Under the pieces are notes generated by a model. The model ran no database searches and was not told where the DNA came from. It saw only the letters and a program-made list of their open reading frames with translations. A DNA stretch of 64,000 bases, from positions 1,088,001-1,152,000 of the forward strand of contig OY970323.1 in the NCBI GenBank assembly GCA_963716985.1, written 5' to 3'. The position numbers were made by a program, and so were the translations under genes. The stretch is from an uncultured bacterium (GTDB lineage: Bacteria > Chlamydiota > Chlamydiia > Chlamydiales > SM23-39). Shown piece by piece: positions 30,176-40,937 of this stretch. Within the stretch, counting starts at the first letter, position 1. Each line of letters begins with the position of its first letter.

Positions 30176-30182
30176 GATTGCT

Positions 30183-32267
30183 TTATAAGAACTTTGAAAG
30201 TATGGCCAAGAGGAGAAGTGCGACAATATTGGTAATTTTAATCATGGGATTAATGGCGGGCCCGGCCGTATCTTTATAAGGATCGCCAACGGTATCTCCC
30301 GTAATTGCTGCCCGGTGGGCCTCCGATCCCTTGCCGCCTAAATTTCCCGCTTCGATATATTTTTTCGCATTATCCCAGGCGCCGCCGCCGCCGGTCATGG
30401 AAAGTGCCTGAAAGAGTCCTGTGACCACTACTCCAAGAAGCATCGATCCTAAAGAAACAAGGGCCGGTTTCGTGCCCGCAATCCAATAGATGCTAAAATA
30501 GAGCAAGATCGGAGCGAGAACGGGCAGGATGGAAGGGATGATCATCTCCTTGATTGCCGCCTTTGTCAACATGTCGACGGCTTTTTTATAATCGGGAAGT
30601 GCGGTTCCTTTCATGATGCCCGGTATTTCCTTGAATTGTCTTCTTACTTCAATCACGACGGAAGCGGCTGCGCGGCCGACCGACATCATGCTCATAGAAG
30701 CAAAAAGATAGGGCAGGAACCCCCCAAAGAAGAGACCGATCACAACATAGGGATCTTGCAAAAAGAATTGCGTTTGTAATTTGGGAAAGTAGAAATGAAG
30801 ATCTTCGATATAGGCTGCAAAAAGAACAAGGGCCGCAAAAGCTGCAGAAGCAATTGCATACCCCTTAGTCACCGCTTTCGTAGTATTTCCGACAGCGTCG
30901 AGAGCATCGGTCACTTCGCGCACCTTTGAAGGAAGGTTGGCCATTTCTGCAATCCCTCCGGCATTGTCGGTGACAGGGCCATACGCATCGAGGGCGATAA
31001 TCATGCCGGCAAGCGCGAGCATGCTGGTGGCTGCAATTGCAACGCCATAAAGCTCGGCATTGAGATAGGATATTAGAATGCCTGCCGAAATGACAAGCAC
31101 CGGAAGAACGGTAGATTCAAGAGAGGTGGCAAGTCCCTGAATGATGTTGGTGCCATGTCCTGTGATTGAAGCCTTTGCAATGTTTTTTACCGGGCGGAAC
31201 TTTGTGGAGGTATAATATTCCGTGATCCAGATCAGAAGGCCCGTGACGACCATTCCCGTAAGGGCGCAATAGAAGAGGTTCTTTCCGGTAAACGCTATAT
31301 CGTGGATTTGAAAGGAGGAAGAGAATCCTAGCCAAAGATGGATTAAAAGGGCAATGGCGCCGGTAGAAATAATGGCCGAGGCAACAAATCCTTTATAAAG
31401 AGCTGCCATGATGTTTTGTTTCTTTCCCAGACGCACAAAAAACGTGCCCAAAATGGAAGAGAGAATGCAAACGCCTCCAATCGCAAGGGGAAAGAGAATC
31501 ATCAATTCCTGGACCGCCTCCGTAAAGAAGATTTTCCCCAGGAGCATCGTTCCGACAATCGTCACAACATAGGTTTCAAACAGGTCCGCCGCCATTCCTG
31601 CGCAGTCGCCAACATTGTCTCCGACGTTGTCGCTGATTACGGCTGGGTTGCGAGGATCATCTTCGGGAATGCCCGCTTCAATTTTCCCCACAAGGTCGGC
31701 TCCCACATCTGCGCCTTTTGTGAAAATACCTCCTCCCAAGCGTGCGAATATGGAGATCAATGAGGCGCCGAAACTCAGCGCAACGAGGGCTTCAAAAATC
31801 TTGCGCTCTTCCATCGCGAGTTGCTTCAGAGTGAAGTAATAAAGAGTGATGCCCAAAAGAGCAAGGCCTACGACGAGAAAACCGGTAATGGCGCCTGATT
31901 TGAAGGCAATGGCAAGTGCCGGTTTCAATCCTTTTCTGGCCGATTCCGCAGTTCGAATATTGCCGCGGACGGAAATGTTCATGCCAATGTAGCCCGCCAG
32001 TGCGGATAGAACGCTACCGACCACAAACCCGATGCCTACAAGGGGGCCGAGTTGCCAGGAAAGAAGCAGGCAGACGATCAGTCCAACAACCGAAATGACC
32101 CGGTATTGTCTGTTGAGATAGGCCGAGGCGCCTTCTTGAATGGCCCGTGCAATTTTTTGCATGGCTTCGGTGCCTGTTTTTTCAGAGAGAACTGAGCGGA
32201 TTAAGAGGCCGCCATAGAGAAGGGCCGCAAGTCCGCATGAAATTAAAAATGAATAAATATTGAGCAT
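30183..32267 (-). CDS. hppA: Membrane H+-translocating pyrophosphatase, K+-independent type
   Basis: [36 protein letters not shown]. Confidence 0.93.
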   Translation of the reverse strand: MLNIYSFLISCGLAALLYGGLLIRSVLSEKTGTEAMQKIARAIQEGASAYLNRQYRVISVVGLIVCLLLSWQLGPLVGIGFVVGSVLSALAGYIGMNISVRGNIRTAESARKGLKPALAIAFKSGAITGFLVVGLALLGITLYYFTLKQLAMEERKIFEALVALSFGASLISIFARLGGGIFTKGADVGADLVGKIEAGIPEDDPRNPAVISDNVGDNVGDCAGMAADLFETYVVTIVGTMLLGKIFFTEAVQELMILFPLAIGGVCILSSILGTFFVRLGKKQNIMAALYKGFVASAIISTGAIALLIHLWLGFSSSFQIHDIAFTGKNLFYCALTGMVVTGLLIWITEYYTSTKFRPVKNIAKASITGHGTNIIQGLATSLESTVLPVLVISAGILISYLNAELYGVAIAATSMLALAGMIIALDAYGPVTDNAGGIAEMANLPSKVREVTDALDAVGNTTKAVTKGYAIASAAFAALVLFAAYIEDLHFYFPKLQTQFFLQDPYVVIGLFFGGFLPYLFASMSMMSVGRAAASVVIEVRRQFKEIPGIMKGTALPDYKKAVDMLTKAAIKEMIIPSILPVLAPILLYFSIYWIAGTKPALVSLGSMLLGVVVTGLFQALSMTGGGGAWDNAKKYIEAGNLGGKGSEAHRAAITGDTVGDPYKDTAGPAINPMIKITNIVALLLLAILSKFL

Positions 32268-32524
32268 TTTTCTATTCCTTGGTTTCAAGTCGCTGAAAAT
32301 AATAGGGTTCCATCGATGTAAAAGAGGAGCAACGAGGAATTCCCAGCATATTTTAAAAATCATATAGAATCAAAAGATTCCTCTCTATGGAAAATTTTTC
32401 TGTCCTACCCAACTTTTTGTCCTATTTTTTGAATGACCAAAAAAAGCAGGCCGCCATTGTTCGACAATCTCATTGGGAAAAAGGAGCTTGAATGGTAAAA
32501 TGTTAGGCCGGAAATGGAAATAAG

Positions 32525-33199
32525 ATGTCTTCTTGTCCTAGTTCTTGTCATTGTCCTTGCCATAGAGAAACGAGCGTGCGCTATCCTACCTGGCGGGCAA
32601 AAGAGATAAATGGATCTCTTGGATGGTTAAAGAATTTTGAGGTGAATCGCTACTTCGAATGGTTGGCTGAAGTTCATACATGTTGGAAAAAAATGCTTCC
32701 CTGCAGCTGGATCGTCTATCACAGCGTGGCTCCGGATGATTACACAGAGCTTATGGAGGCGATGAGGCGAGTTTTCTATGTTTGCATGTTTTTTGCGTTT
32801 GTCTCTGCCTCCGCCATTTCTTTCGGAGTTTCATTTTTTGTTCTTCCTTGCATTCCTGTGATTGTGGATCTGACGCGTCTTGTCTACTGCTTGGTTTTCG
32901 AAGATGGGGAGATGGAGAGCGGCTGGGTGGAAAGCTATAACAAATCCCTGAACGTTTTTCATGATGCGTGGAAAAAGCAGCTTCCCTGCAGCTGGATTGT
33001 CTATCACTGTTTTGCTTTGTTGGATGATACGACCGACCTAATTGAGCTCATGAGCCGCATATCCTATCTGGCCCCCTTTTATATATATATCGCAACTTCT
33101 GCAGCCTCATTCGGCACCTCTTTCCTCCTTCTTCCCCTAACCCCTTTTTTCATCGACCTTACGAGGCTCGCTTGCCGGTGGGTCTGGAAAGGGGATTGA
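32525..33199 (+). CDS. Hypothetical membrane protein made of two internal repeats
   Basis: WKKxLPCSWIVYH...DLTRL occurs twice, each with a hydrophobic hairpin. Confidence 0.7.
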   Translation: MSSCPSSCHCPCHRETSVRYPTWRAKEINGSLGWLKNFEVNRYFEWLAEVHTCWKKMLPCSWIVYHSVAPDDYTELMEAMRRVFYVCMFFAFVSASAISFGVSFFVLPCIPVIVDLTRLVYCLVFEDGEMESGWVESYNKSLNVFHDAWKKQLPCSWIVYHCFALLDDTTDLIELMSRISYLAPFYIYIATSAASFGTSFLLLPLTPFFIDLTRLACRWVWKGD

Positions 33200-33441
33200 A
33201 GAGAAATCGTTCTGTTGGGGAAAACAATTGTTTTTCTTCTAAGTACGCATGAGGAGGGGGCTATTTGGGAATATTCATTTCTTTTTTCGCACATCCTTAA
33301 AAAATCATGGCAGATCCGAACTTCTCATCCTTTGCTACATAGAGAAAGTCCTTGAACATTTGGTCTTTTTGCCGTGACTTTTTAAGGACGTACTTTCCAA
33401 CGAGATTTTCGCAAGTGCTCATAAAACTGAGGTAAAAAACT

Positions 33442-34661
33442 TTAAGTTTCTTTGAGCCGCGAGGGAGCTCGCGACACGATTACTTGCGACAACCTGGGAA
33501 TTTTACACAACCCGTTGATTCTGTCTTCAAGATATCCGAAAAAAGTGATTCCAAGCTTACAGCAAGTCTTTTTTAGGCTTACAAAAGTATCTCGACATTT
33601 TTGACCTTCTTCACTACGAGTCCCTCCAGATACTTTCCGCTTAACCACCATCTCTCGAGCATCGGTTTCGGTTCCATTATTGTGAAGGGGGGTGTCTGGT
33701 TTCTCTAATACCCTGAGCAATTCGTCCTTTTTTTCATAAGTTTTTGCCAGCTGTTTGTTTAGGGTGGGACTGATGGTTTTCTTTTTTGAGAATAAATTGT
33801 CAAAATTCTGCTCGAGAATCAATTTTAGGCTTTCAGAGGGCGCGAGTTTGTATTCCTGCAGCCCCTTGTATAAATCCCAAATTTCTCCCCGGACTTGCTC
33901 GATTGCTTTGCGTGTTGCTTCGTCAAAGGGAATGAGTTTTCGATAATGCCTCTCCTCATGGATCCAACATAAAGATCGAACGAAGACATTGAATTGCCCT
34001 GCATCATCTCCATGCACTCCAAGATCTCTTGGTATGCCATTTTCTATCAGGCTCGCGAATAGGGCGGCCTCGGTTACAAGTTTTATGTCGCTTTCTGACT
34101 TGATGTTTATTGCGAGTAAAAATTTCTCCCATTCTATTTGATTCATGGATCGATATCGGTCCTGCAAAAGGAGGTATCCTCCTAACCAACTCGAGGGTTT
34201 TAGGGTCTCAATGTAGTCTGCAGTGTCTTCATTGATAAGATATCGAGGAGCCGTCCCATGCAATATCTTGAGAAAATTTATGCGACTTTTGCTTTCTGTC
34301 GACACAATGTAGGTAAAATATTCGTTCCCTATGATCGTCGAGTAGCCATTATGCCCTCGGTGGCGAGCGCCGGTGTCGTCTACTTTTACTTGTCCTGTAG
34401 CTGCTATCCCCGCGGACAATAGCTCGTTCTTTTCCTGATGGAAGGCTTCCTTTCCTTGGATCAAAATATTGCTCAACTGTCCTTCGGAGATCAATACGCC
34501 AATTTCTTTCAACTGTGCAAACAGCAGAGGTTCTGTAATACGACAGCCATAATATTGGTGCAAAACGTAGCTGATCAATTGAGGGCCATAATGTCCCTGG
34601 ATATTTTGCGGCAATTTACCTGTTAAGTAAGTGCCATCAGGCAATTGCCATCGCTCGAGTT
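33442..34661 (-). CDS. IS66 transposase, exon 2 (DDE domain)
   Basis: DDTGARH, LCWIHEERH, PLHNNGTE, KRKVSGGTRS. Confidence 0.88.
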
Positions 34662-36576
34662 GGTGAGTAGAGGAGCGGATTGCTCCGCTCCCCCCTCCTC
34701 AGAACCAGGACTTGCAGGTTTCCCGCATCCGGCTCCCGAACAGTCCTTTTAGGTTTTGATTACCTTAGGAGTTCCTATGATGCATTTGATTTTCCACTTC
34801 ATTGGAAAGCCCACTTTTTCCAGAACTTTCTCGAATTTCTCCCAACTCATTTTCTTTCTGCCACCTTTCCTGTTGATCCATTTGAAGATAGCTCTTTCGC
34901 ATTGGAAGATAAATCCGTTTACCGCTCTAGAGTTGTCGGTCACTGCATGATAGTTGATCCACCCTTTGATAATTGGCAGTATCTGTTGAAACATTATCAA
35001 GGTTTTCATGGCTTTATTCTCTTTCAGAAATTTTGATAATCCCTGAAGTTTCGAGTGCTTCCGATCTCCTCTGCTGCGGACTTTTAATCTCCAGAAGTTC
35101 CCTTTCTGCGCTTTTTCCCAGAAGAAGGTAAATCCCAGAAATTTGAAAACAGGCAGCTTTTGTTTCTTGGCCGCCATTTCTGCTATTCTTTTCGATCCCG
35201 AGGAGTGCAGATGCGACTTGTCTTCGTGAACCGCAAGTCCATATTTCTGCAACCTTTGGGTAAACGCTCTATAGAACCTTTCCGCATCTTCACTGCATTC
35301 GAATACAAATACCATATCATCGCAGAAACGAATCGGAAAGATCTTTCCCTTGAGATATGTTCGAATGGATTCTATCCAACTATCCACCACTTCATGTAGG
35401 TAGATATTTGATAAAATCGGTGAAGTGACCGATCCCTGTGGGCATCCGACTAAATTCTTTTGCACTACCCCATCGTTTGTGATGGTTTCTGCTTGCAACA
35501 GAATATGTATCAGCCTCAGGAATTTTGGATCGTTGATTTTCTTCTGTAGTATAGCCTCCATTTCCATATGTGGAATAGAGTTAAAATACTTCCGAATATC
35601 AATCTCCAATAGAGCGCCATCTTTGCACTCGTATACTGCTTGGTGCAAAGCGGTAATAGCATCATGGCAGCTTTTCCCGGGCCTATATCCAAAAGAACTC
35701 GGCAGAAAGAGCGGTTCATAGATTTTGTTCAAAATCTCTCCCGCTGCCATCTGCACCAATTTGTCCTCTATGCAGGATATTGCCAGAGGTCTTTTGCCTC
35801 CATCTGCTTTGGGTATTTCAACTATCTTTGATGGTTGTGGCGCATATTGCGCCCGATGCACTTTCGCAGCGAGCATTCGGAGATTTTCCTCCAGATTTTT
35901 GCCATATGCTTCTTTTGTTATACCATCAATTCCTACAGCTTTAGTTCCATCAAGCTGTGCAAATGCTCTCATCAGCATTTCCTCGTTGATAAGATGTCCC
36001 AGATTATTGAACACCAGATCATGATTTCCTGCCGAAAGATCTCCTATACGATCCAGCTTCATTGACACTGTATATCTGTCTTTGCTGTGTACAGACATTG
36101 TTTCCACCTTTTCGTTCGTTTCTGTTCTATCCACCCTTTGCTCCCCGATCGTTACTCGGTTCCTCGCTACTATGGTGGACTCCGCCATCCTTATCCCATC
36201 TTTGCAGTCTTACGTTCATGGCGCTTGAACCACAAATACTCCCTTCGGAGAGCAATAAGGACTTCCCAAGTTCCGTCACACTTCTCTACAAGCTCGCCAA
36301 TGCTTAATATCCCGGTGCTTGATGATCGCAGGGTTTCGCCATTTTGACCCGCTTCCCATCTGTTGCCTGCTCCTAATACGAAAGTTTCGGCTTGCACGAT
36401 ATACCTCTCGAGACTTAACGCATTCACCTCACGGTTTTGGCTCGAATGTTTCGCTATCTACGCTTCAGCTCTTTTGTTACCTCCGGAGTTGCAAGATTCG
36501 CTACATAATGTGGTGGCTATCCACTTTTTATGCCTGGACTTTCACCAGTAGAAGTGCGCAGCTTCTCTTGGCGCAC
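34662..36576 (-). mobile_element. Group II intron, 1915 nt
   Basis: 5' GTGCG at 36576; domain V GAGCCGGATGCGGGAAACCTGCAAGTCCTGGTTC (34735-34702); domain VI hairpin ending CTACTCACC; encodes an RT. Confidence 0.92.
34749..36188 (-). CDS. ltrA: Group II intron reverse transcriptase/maturase without endonuclease domain
   Basis: IPKADGGKRPL, SFGYRPG, DIRKYF, PQG, FCDD, FLG, X-domain GWINY. Confidence 0.92.
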   Translation of the reverse strand: MAESTIVARNRVTIGEQRVDRTETNEKVETMSVHSKDRYTVSMKLDRIGDLSAGNHDLVFNNLGHLINEEMLMRAFAQLDGTKAVGIDGITKEAYGKNLEENLRMLAAKVHRAQYAPQPSKIVEIPKADGGKRPLAISCIEDKLVQMAAGEILNKIYEPLFLPSSFGYRPGKSCHDAITALHQAVYECKDGALLEIDIRKYFNSIPHMEMEAILQKKINDPKFLRLIHILLQAETITNDGVVQKNLVGCPQGSVTSPILSNIYLHEVVDSWIESIRTYLKGKIFPIRFCDDMVFVFECSEDAERFYRAFTQRLQKYGLAVHEDKSHLHSSGSKRIAEMAAKKQKLPVFKFLGFTFFWEKAQKGNFWRLKVRSRGDRKHSKLQGLSKFLKENKAMKTLIMFQQILPIIKGWINYHAVTDNSRAVNGFIFQCERAIFKWINRKGGRKKMSWEKFEKVLEKVGFPMKWKIKCIIGTPKVIKT

Positions 36577-36982
36577 CGTATATGGTATTGTAAGGCTGAA
36601 GAATGATGTCCTGTACGGTAAATTTCTGACATCCTTTGAAGGTAGCTCCTTCGGGAACTGATTCGGGCTTAATGCGACTTCTGGTATGTATCTCAAGTTT
36701 TTTGGTTTTTTTACGTCGAGGATGCATCCCCCTGGAGAGTTTATTTTTGTCGTTTTGCTTATCTTTGCTTTGTTGCCCCTCTAAAGTGCTGGGAGGAATC
36801 TTTGGACGGGGCTTTTGTCCCTTGAGAATTGCAATCTCATCTTTTAGTCGTTGGATTTCTTCGTGCTGAAATGAAATGGTGTTCAAAGCAATGTCGAGGC
36901 GATCTCTTAGGCGTCGATCTTCTTCAGCGAGCTGGGTATTTTGCTCTAAAATTCGTTGAATGAGGTCATTGTTATTCTGCAT
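36577..36982 (-). CDS. IS66 transposase, exon 1 (coiled-coil N-terminus)
   Basis: EIQRLKDEIAILKGQKPRPKIPPS, FKG..KFTVQD; in frame with exon 2 once the intron is removed. Confidence 0.85.
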
Positions 36983-37183
36983 AAGCAAGTAAATTTACGA
37001 TGACGAACGATTAAAGAAAAGATTTATATTTTTTTAGGATCTAAGAATGAGGTATTTACCTCAACTTTTTGAGCACTTGCAGATTTTGCGCCCATATAGT
37101 TTATTTTTTTACCTTTTATTTAATTAATTATTAGTTTATAATTAAAGTTTGTTATTACAAAATTTTAAAACCAGGAGCTTATA

Positions 37184-38131
37184 ATGTCGAGTATCCCATC
37201 AACATCTATGCAAGTTTTGGAGGCTCCCCCAGCAAGTGATGCGTCTTTCTACCCAGAACTCGAGATTCCGAAGGGATTCTTCGACGAAGTGAAATTTCCC
37301 AACTTCCCGAATGCTTTTAACGAGGTCAATCAAAGAGCGAGCGACATGGGAATCGAGAAAGAGGTTTGCCTCATCGATGGAGGGGAGGATTTTGTAAGTT
37401 GCGCTATGCTCACCAAGGGAGGTTTGTCTTGCATCGGATTGGCACATGATTTTCCTCTTGGTCGTCCAAAAGAATTTGACCTGCGTCATGAGCTTGCTCA
37501 TATAAAATATGATGATCTGCACAAATCTTCACCATCCTCTTTTACTAAAGGTGAGGCTCTTGTGTGGCTTTATAGTATTTCGGTTTGTTGTTTGTCATAC
37601 GCGAGTTCCATTTATTTGGGATGCAGAATTACGAAATTGCCAAGCTGTCGAAGTAATTGGTCTTTCAACTGTTTAGCCGGTATGTTTGGTTGGATAGGAG
37701 GTGCGTTATCACGGGTGCCTATTCGTCGTATTTTTCGTGTTCTCCCTAGAAGGTCTGCCGAGATTCGCGCCGATCGAGAAGCATGTAAGTATTTGACTGG
37801 AAATGAAAAGATCGAAGCAATAGAATCAATGGGGATATTTCGATCGCTTGACAGTCCTATGGACCTATTCCAAGAACACCCCTCTTTCGCTCAAAGAATC
37901 AAAGCCATTTGGAATACCTTCGACGATGAAGAAGTCCAAACAATAAAAACCACTTGGGATTCCTTGCCCAATGAAGAAAAAAGACGACACAAAGAGGTGG
38001 GCCGAATGCTTGGTAAGGTCACTCCTTTTGTCCAGACCAAAAATCGCTTAAGTTTTAAGCTTATTGATCCAAGTCGTTTGGTTTTTAGGCTTCTAAATCC
38101 TTTCGGATTGCTCTGGGAAAATATGCTTTGA
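37184..38131 (+). CDS. M48-like zinc metallopeptidase, putative effector
   Basis: HELAH, two hydrophobic segments, EIRAD, HPSFAQRI; AGGAG RBS. Confidence 0.65.
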   Translation: MSSIPSTSMQVLEAPPASDASFYPELEIPKGFFDEVKFPNFPNAFNEVNQRASDMGIEKEVCLIDGGEDFVSCAMLTKGGLSCIGLAHDFPLGRPKEFDLRHELAHIKYDDLHKSSPSSFTKGEALVWLYSISVCCLSYASSIYLGCRITKLPSCRSNWSFNCLAGMFGWIGGALSRVPIRRIFRVLPRRSAEIRADREACKYLTGNEKIEAIESMGIFRSLDSPMDLFQEHPSFAQRIKAIWNTFDDEEVQTIKTTWDSLPNEEKRRHKEVGRMLGKVTPFVQTKNRLSFKLIDPSRLVFRLLNPFGLLWENML

Positions 38132-38171
38132 CTAACAAAGATGTGGGCAAGATCAAGTGCTTTGCCACTCT

Positions 38172-38417
38172 TTAATGTGGGATGTAAACTTTTGCGCCTG
38201 CGTGCAAATTTTTCAGAAAAATATTCCGGTATGAATTGGGCCTTCTAAAAAATTTCTTTTTGTTTTTTTCGATGGTTTTGGATGCTTCGGGCCAGAAGAA
38301 AAGCGATGCGATCTCAGGTAGGATGTTGATACATCCACAAAGTTTTTTTTGAAGAAGAACTCTTCCCAATGTTTCGGCCTCAGATAAGTTTTTGCAAGGG
38401 ATGTAGACGAGGAGCAT
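38172..38417 (-). pseudogene. cutA: Truncated CutA divalent-cation tolerance protein
   Basis: EAETLGRVLLQKKLCGCINI...SLFFW is CutA-like; similarity ends after ~52 aa; no HPY motif. Confidence 0.6.
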
Positions 38418-38547
38418 AGATCAGCAGAAGTTTAGATGGGGTCAGTGTTTATGAAAAAGTATAAAGGAAGCTTTGCATTTTTCAAGAGAATAGTTTAAGA
38501 AAAAAAGAAGTTGAGTATGATGAGATTTTAAAGAGGAGCTGCTTTTC

Positions 38548-39915
38548 ATGGAACCAATTACGATTTCTTTTTTTGATATTTATAAAATCGGACCCGGCCC
38601 TTCGAGTTCGCATACTATTGGTCCCATGCGGGCGGGATTCCATTTTTTTGAATCGATGAAAAAATTGGACGATGCTCTCTTAAAAAAAGCGACAGAGATA
38701 GATGTCACCCTTTATGGTTCTTTGAGCGCTACGGGACATGGGCACGGAACCGATCGTGCGGTAGCGGCGGGGCTTTTTGGCTGGAAGCCGGATACTTGCG
38801 ATGCGGATGAGGTATTGAAAATCTTTTCTCGTCCCGAAGATGTCTATCAAATTCAGGCAAAAGCATACGCTTTCCCCTTCACGTGCAAAAACGTGATTTT
38901 TGGCGATATTTACCACTCATTTCCCTATTCCAATACGATGATCATCCGCTTAAAGGCAAAAGATGATGTCCTGATGGAAAAAGAATATTATTCCTTGGGA
39001 GGGGGGTTCATTGAATGCAAGGGAGAGCCTAAAAAAGCAACTCCGACTCCCCGCTATCCCTATAGCAATATGAGAGAGCTAAAAAAAGCTTTGGAATCCA
39101 GCGGCCTTCCCCTTTATGAGCTGCTTGTCCAAAATGAAGAGATATTAACAGGAGAGAGCCGCGCGCAGATCGAAGCGGGATTGGATAAAATTCTAAGTGT
39201 CATGGACGCTTCCGTAGAGAGGGGAATCAAAGCGTATGGTGTTTTGCCGGGCCCGATCAAACTGGAAAGAAAAGCCGCCGCTCTTTATCGAATCGCTGAA
39301 TCTCAGCTCCTGGATGTGCCCGACCGATTTTTAGTCTTGCTGGATGCCTATGCTTTAGCGGTCTCCGAAGAAAATGCTGCGGGACGCCTCGTTGTTACGG
39401 CTCCCACGTCCGGTTCAGCGGGGGTGATCCCGGGCCTTGTCTATCTCTTAAAACACTATTTCCACACTGCACCGGAAGATCTTCGCCGCGGTCTGGTAAT
39501 TAGTGCTTGCATCGGTTTTATGGCCAAGCATAATGCGAGCATCTCGGGCGCGGAAGTGGGCTGCCAGGGGGAAATTGGCGTGGCCTCTTGCATGGGAGCC
39601 GGTTTAGTGGCTGCCGTGGATCATGCGAATATTGATGTGATCGAAACAGCTGCTGAAATTGCTATGGAGCATAGTTTAGGGCTTACTTGCGACCCCATCG
39701 GGGGATACGTACAGATCCCCTGCATTGAGCGTAATGCCGTGGGCGCCGTGAATGCTTATAATGCATATCTCATTGGCTCCTCGGGTGATCCGAAAAAGAA
39801 AAAAATCAGTTTTGACGAGGTCATCCGCGTGATGTATGAGACCGGACGGGATATGTGTTCAAAATATAAGGAAACATCCAAGGGCGGGCTTGCTACCTGT
39901 CATATTTTTTGCTGA
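38548..39915 (+). CDS. sdaA: L-serine dehydratase (Fe-S, fused alpha/beta)
   Basis: IGPGPSSSHTIGPM, GCQGEIG, LTCDP, PCIERNA. Confidence 0.95.
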   Translation: MEPITISFFDIYKIGPGPSSSHTIGPMRAGFHFFESMKKLDDALLKKATEIDVTLYGSLSATGHGHGTDRAVAAGLFGWKPDTCDADEVLKIFSRPEDVYQIQAKAYAFPFTCKNVIFGDIYHSFPYSNTMIIRLKAKDDVLMEKEYYSLGGGFIECKGEPKKATPTPRYPYSNMRELKKALESSGLPLYELLVQNEEILTGESRAQIEAGLDKILSVMDASVERGIKAYGVLPGPIKLERKAAALYRIAESQLLDVPDRFLVLLDAYALAVSEENAAGRLVVTAPTSGSAGVIPGLVYLLKHYFHTAPEDLRRGLVISACIGFMAKHNASISGAEVGCQGEIGVASCMGAGLVAAVDHANIDVIETAAEIAMEHSLGLTCDPIGGYVQIPCIERNAVGAVNAYNAYLIGSSGDPKKKKISFDEVIRVMYETGRDMCSKYKETSKGGLATCHIFC

Positions 39916-39991
39916 AAAACTCTGTTTTTTCTTTTCTTTAAGGTAAGTTTTTTTTACAATCCTCCACCTTTAAGGAAAAAAGAGTACTTCC

Positions 39992-40774
39992 ATGTGTTCC
40001 GGAATTTTGCAGCCCTTATTTTTTTCGACGAAAAAAACTGAACTTCTAGAATCTTCGGGAACGCTGCGATCGTTGTTTTTTCAATCGACAAAACCCGAAG
40101 CGCAAGATCTTTCGGATCGCATTGTGGGCAAGGCGATTTTAACAGGAGTCTCCGTCTCTATTCTTTTTGGCCCCGTCATTGCGGCCATTGCAGTTGCGGC
40201 CAGTCTTGCCCTCTCCATGATTACTCTAGACCAGGGAAATTTTTCTTGGTTTGCTTCGAATCGTGCGATTGGGGAGATCAAAAAAGCAGTATGTTTTCTC
40301 CCTGTGGTCCTTAAGGCAAATTTGATGTTTGGGCTTCTTGTCAAGCTAGCGGGGAGCTCCGGGGTTCATCAACTTCCGCTTCGGGTACTCCTTCATTCTT
40401 TTTATGATAGCCCGGTAAAATTTTTACGAATTTTCCTTCGCATTACTTATGTAGCCCCACTCATTGAGGAGATTATTTTTCGGGGATTTCTCCAAGAAAA
40501 GATTCGAGACGTACAAGCCATTCTTTTTAAGGACAAAGAAGAGACAACTATTTCCAAAATTATCCGGGTGGTTATTCAGGCCCTCGTTTTTTCACTTTGC
40601 CACTTTCATCCTTTACAGGGATTGGCGAACATCCCCATTCTCATAGGAACTTTTATCTTTGGATTTTATATGGGGCTGAATAAGGAAAAAGAGAAAACTC
40701 TTTGGACAAGCATGACCATTCACGGCAGCGTCAACACCGTTGTTTGCCTTAGGGTGATCCTCATCGGAGCTTGA
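39992..40774 (+). CDS. CPBP (CAAX/Abi) intramembrane metalloprotease
   Basis: EEIIFRG, F..CH, HGSVN. Confidence 0.85.
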   Translation: MCSGILQPLFFSTKKTELLESSGTLRSLFFQSTKPEAQDLSDRIVGKAILTGVSVSILFGPVIAAIAVAASLALSMITLDQGNFSWFASNRAIGEIKKAVCFLPVVLKANLMFGLLVKLAGSSGVHQLPLRVLLHSFYDSPVKFLRIFLRITYVAPLIEEIIFRGFLQEKIRDVQAILFKDKEETTISKIIRVVIQALVFSLCHFHPLQGLANIPILIGTFIFGFYMGLNKEKEKTLWTSMTIHGSVNTVVCLRVILIGA

Positions 40775-40937
40775 GGGGAAAGGCTTGACAAACCACCCTC
40801 AAGGCTGCGTTCGCAGTCCTCGTATCGACGAATCCTTTTGCTTTGGTGGAATTTGGGATTGTCGGCATACCTGTTTGATTGTGGTATTCGTATCGTTCAC
40901 CTTTGAGAGTGCCCCGGAAAGCTGGCATTTCTCTTGA

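Larger units (their letters stand above)
33411..37080 (-). mobile_element. IS66-family (single-ORF type) insertion sequence carrying a group II intron
   Basis: 26-bp TIRs with 3 mismatches, GCAAGTGCTCA.AAA..TGAGGTAAA (33411-33436, 37055-37080); flanks AGATTTTC / AGATTTTG (8-bp TSD, 1 mismatch). Confidence 0.9.

Noticed and set aside
34749..36188. RT as a diversity-generating retroelement driving LRR variation, or as a retron
   Set aside because: The RT sits in a full group II intron (GTGCG, DV, DVI, X domain). No template repeat or avd gene is seen, and the LRR differences I compared are not adenine-specific.
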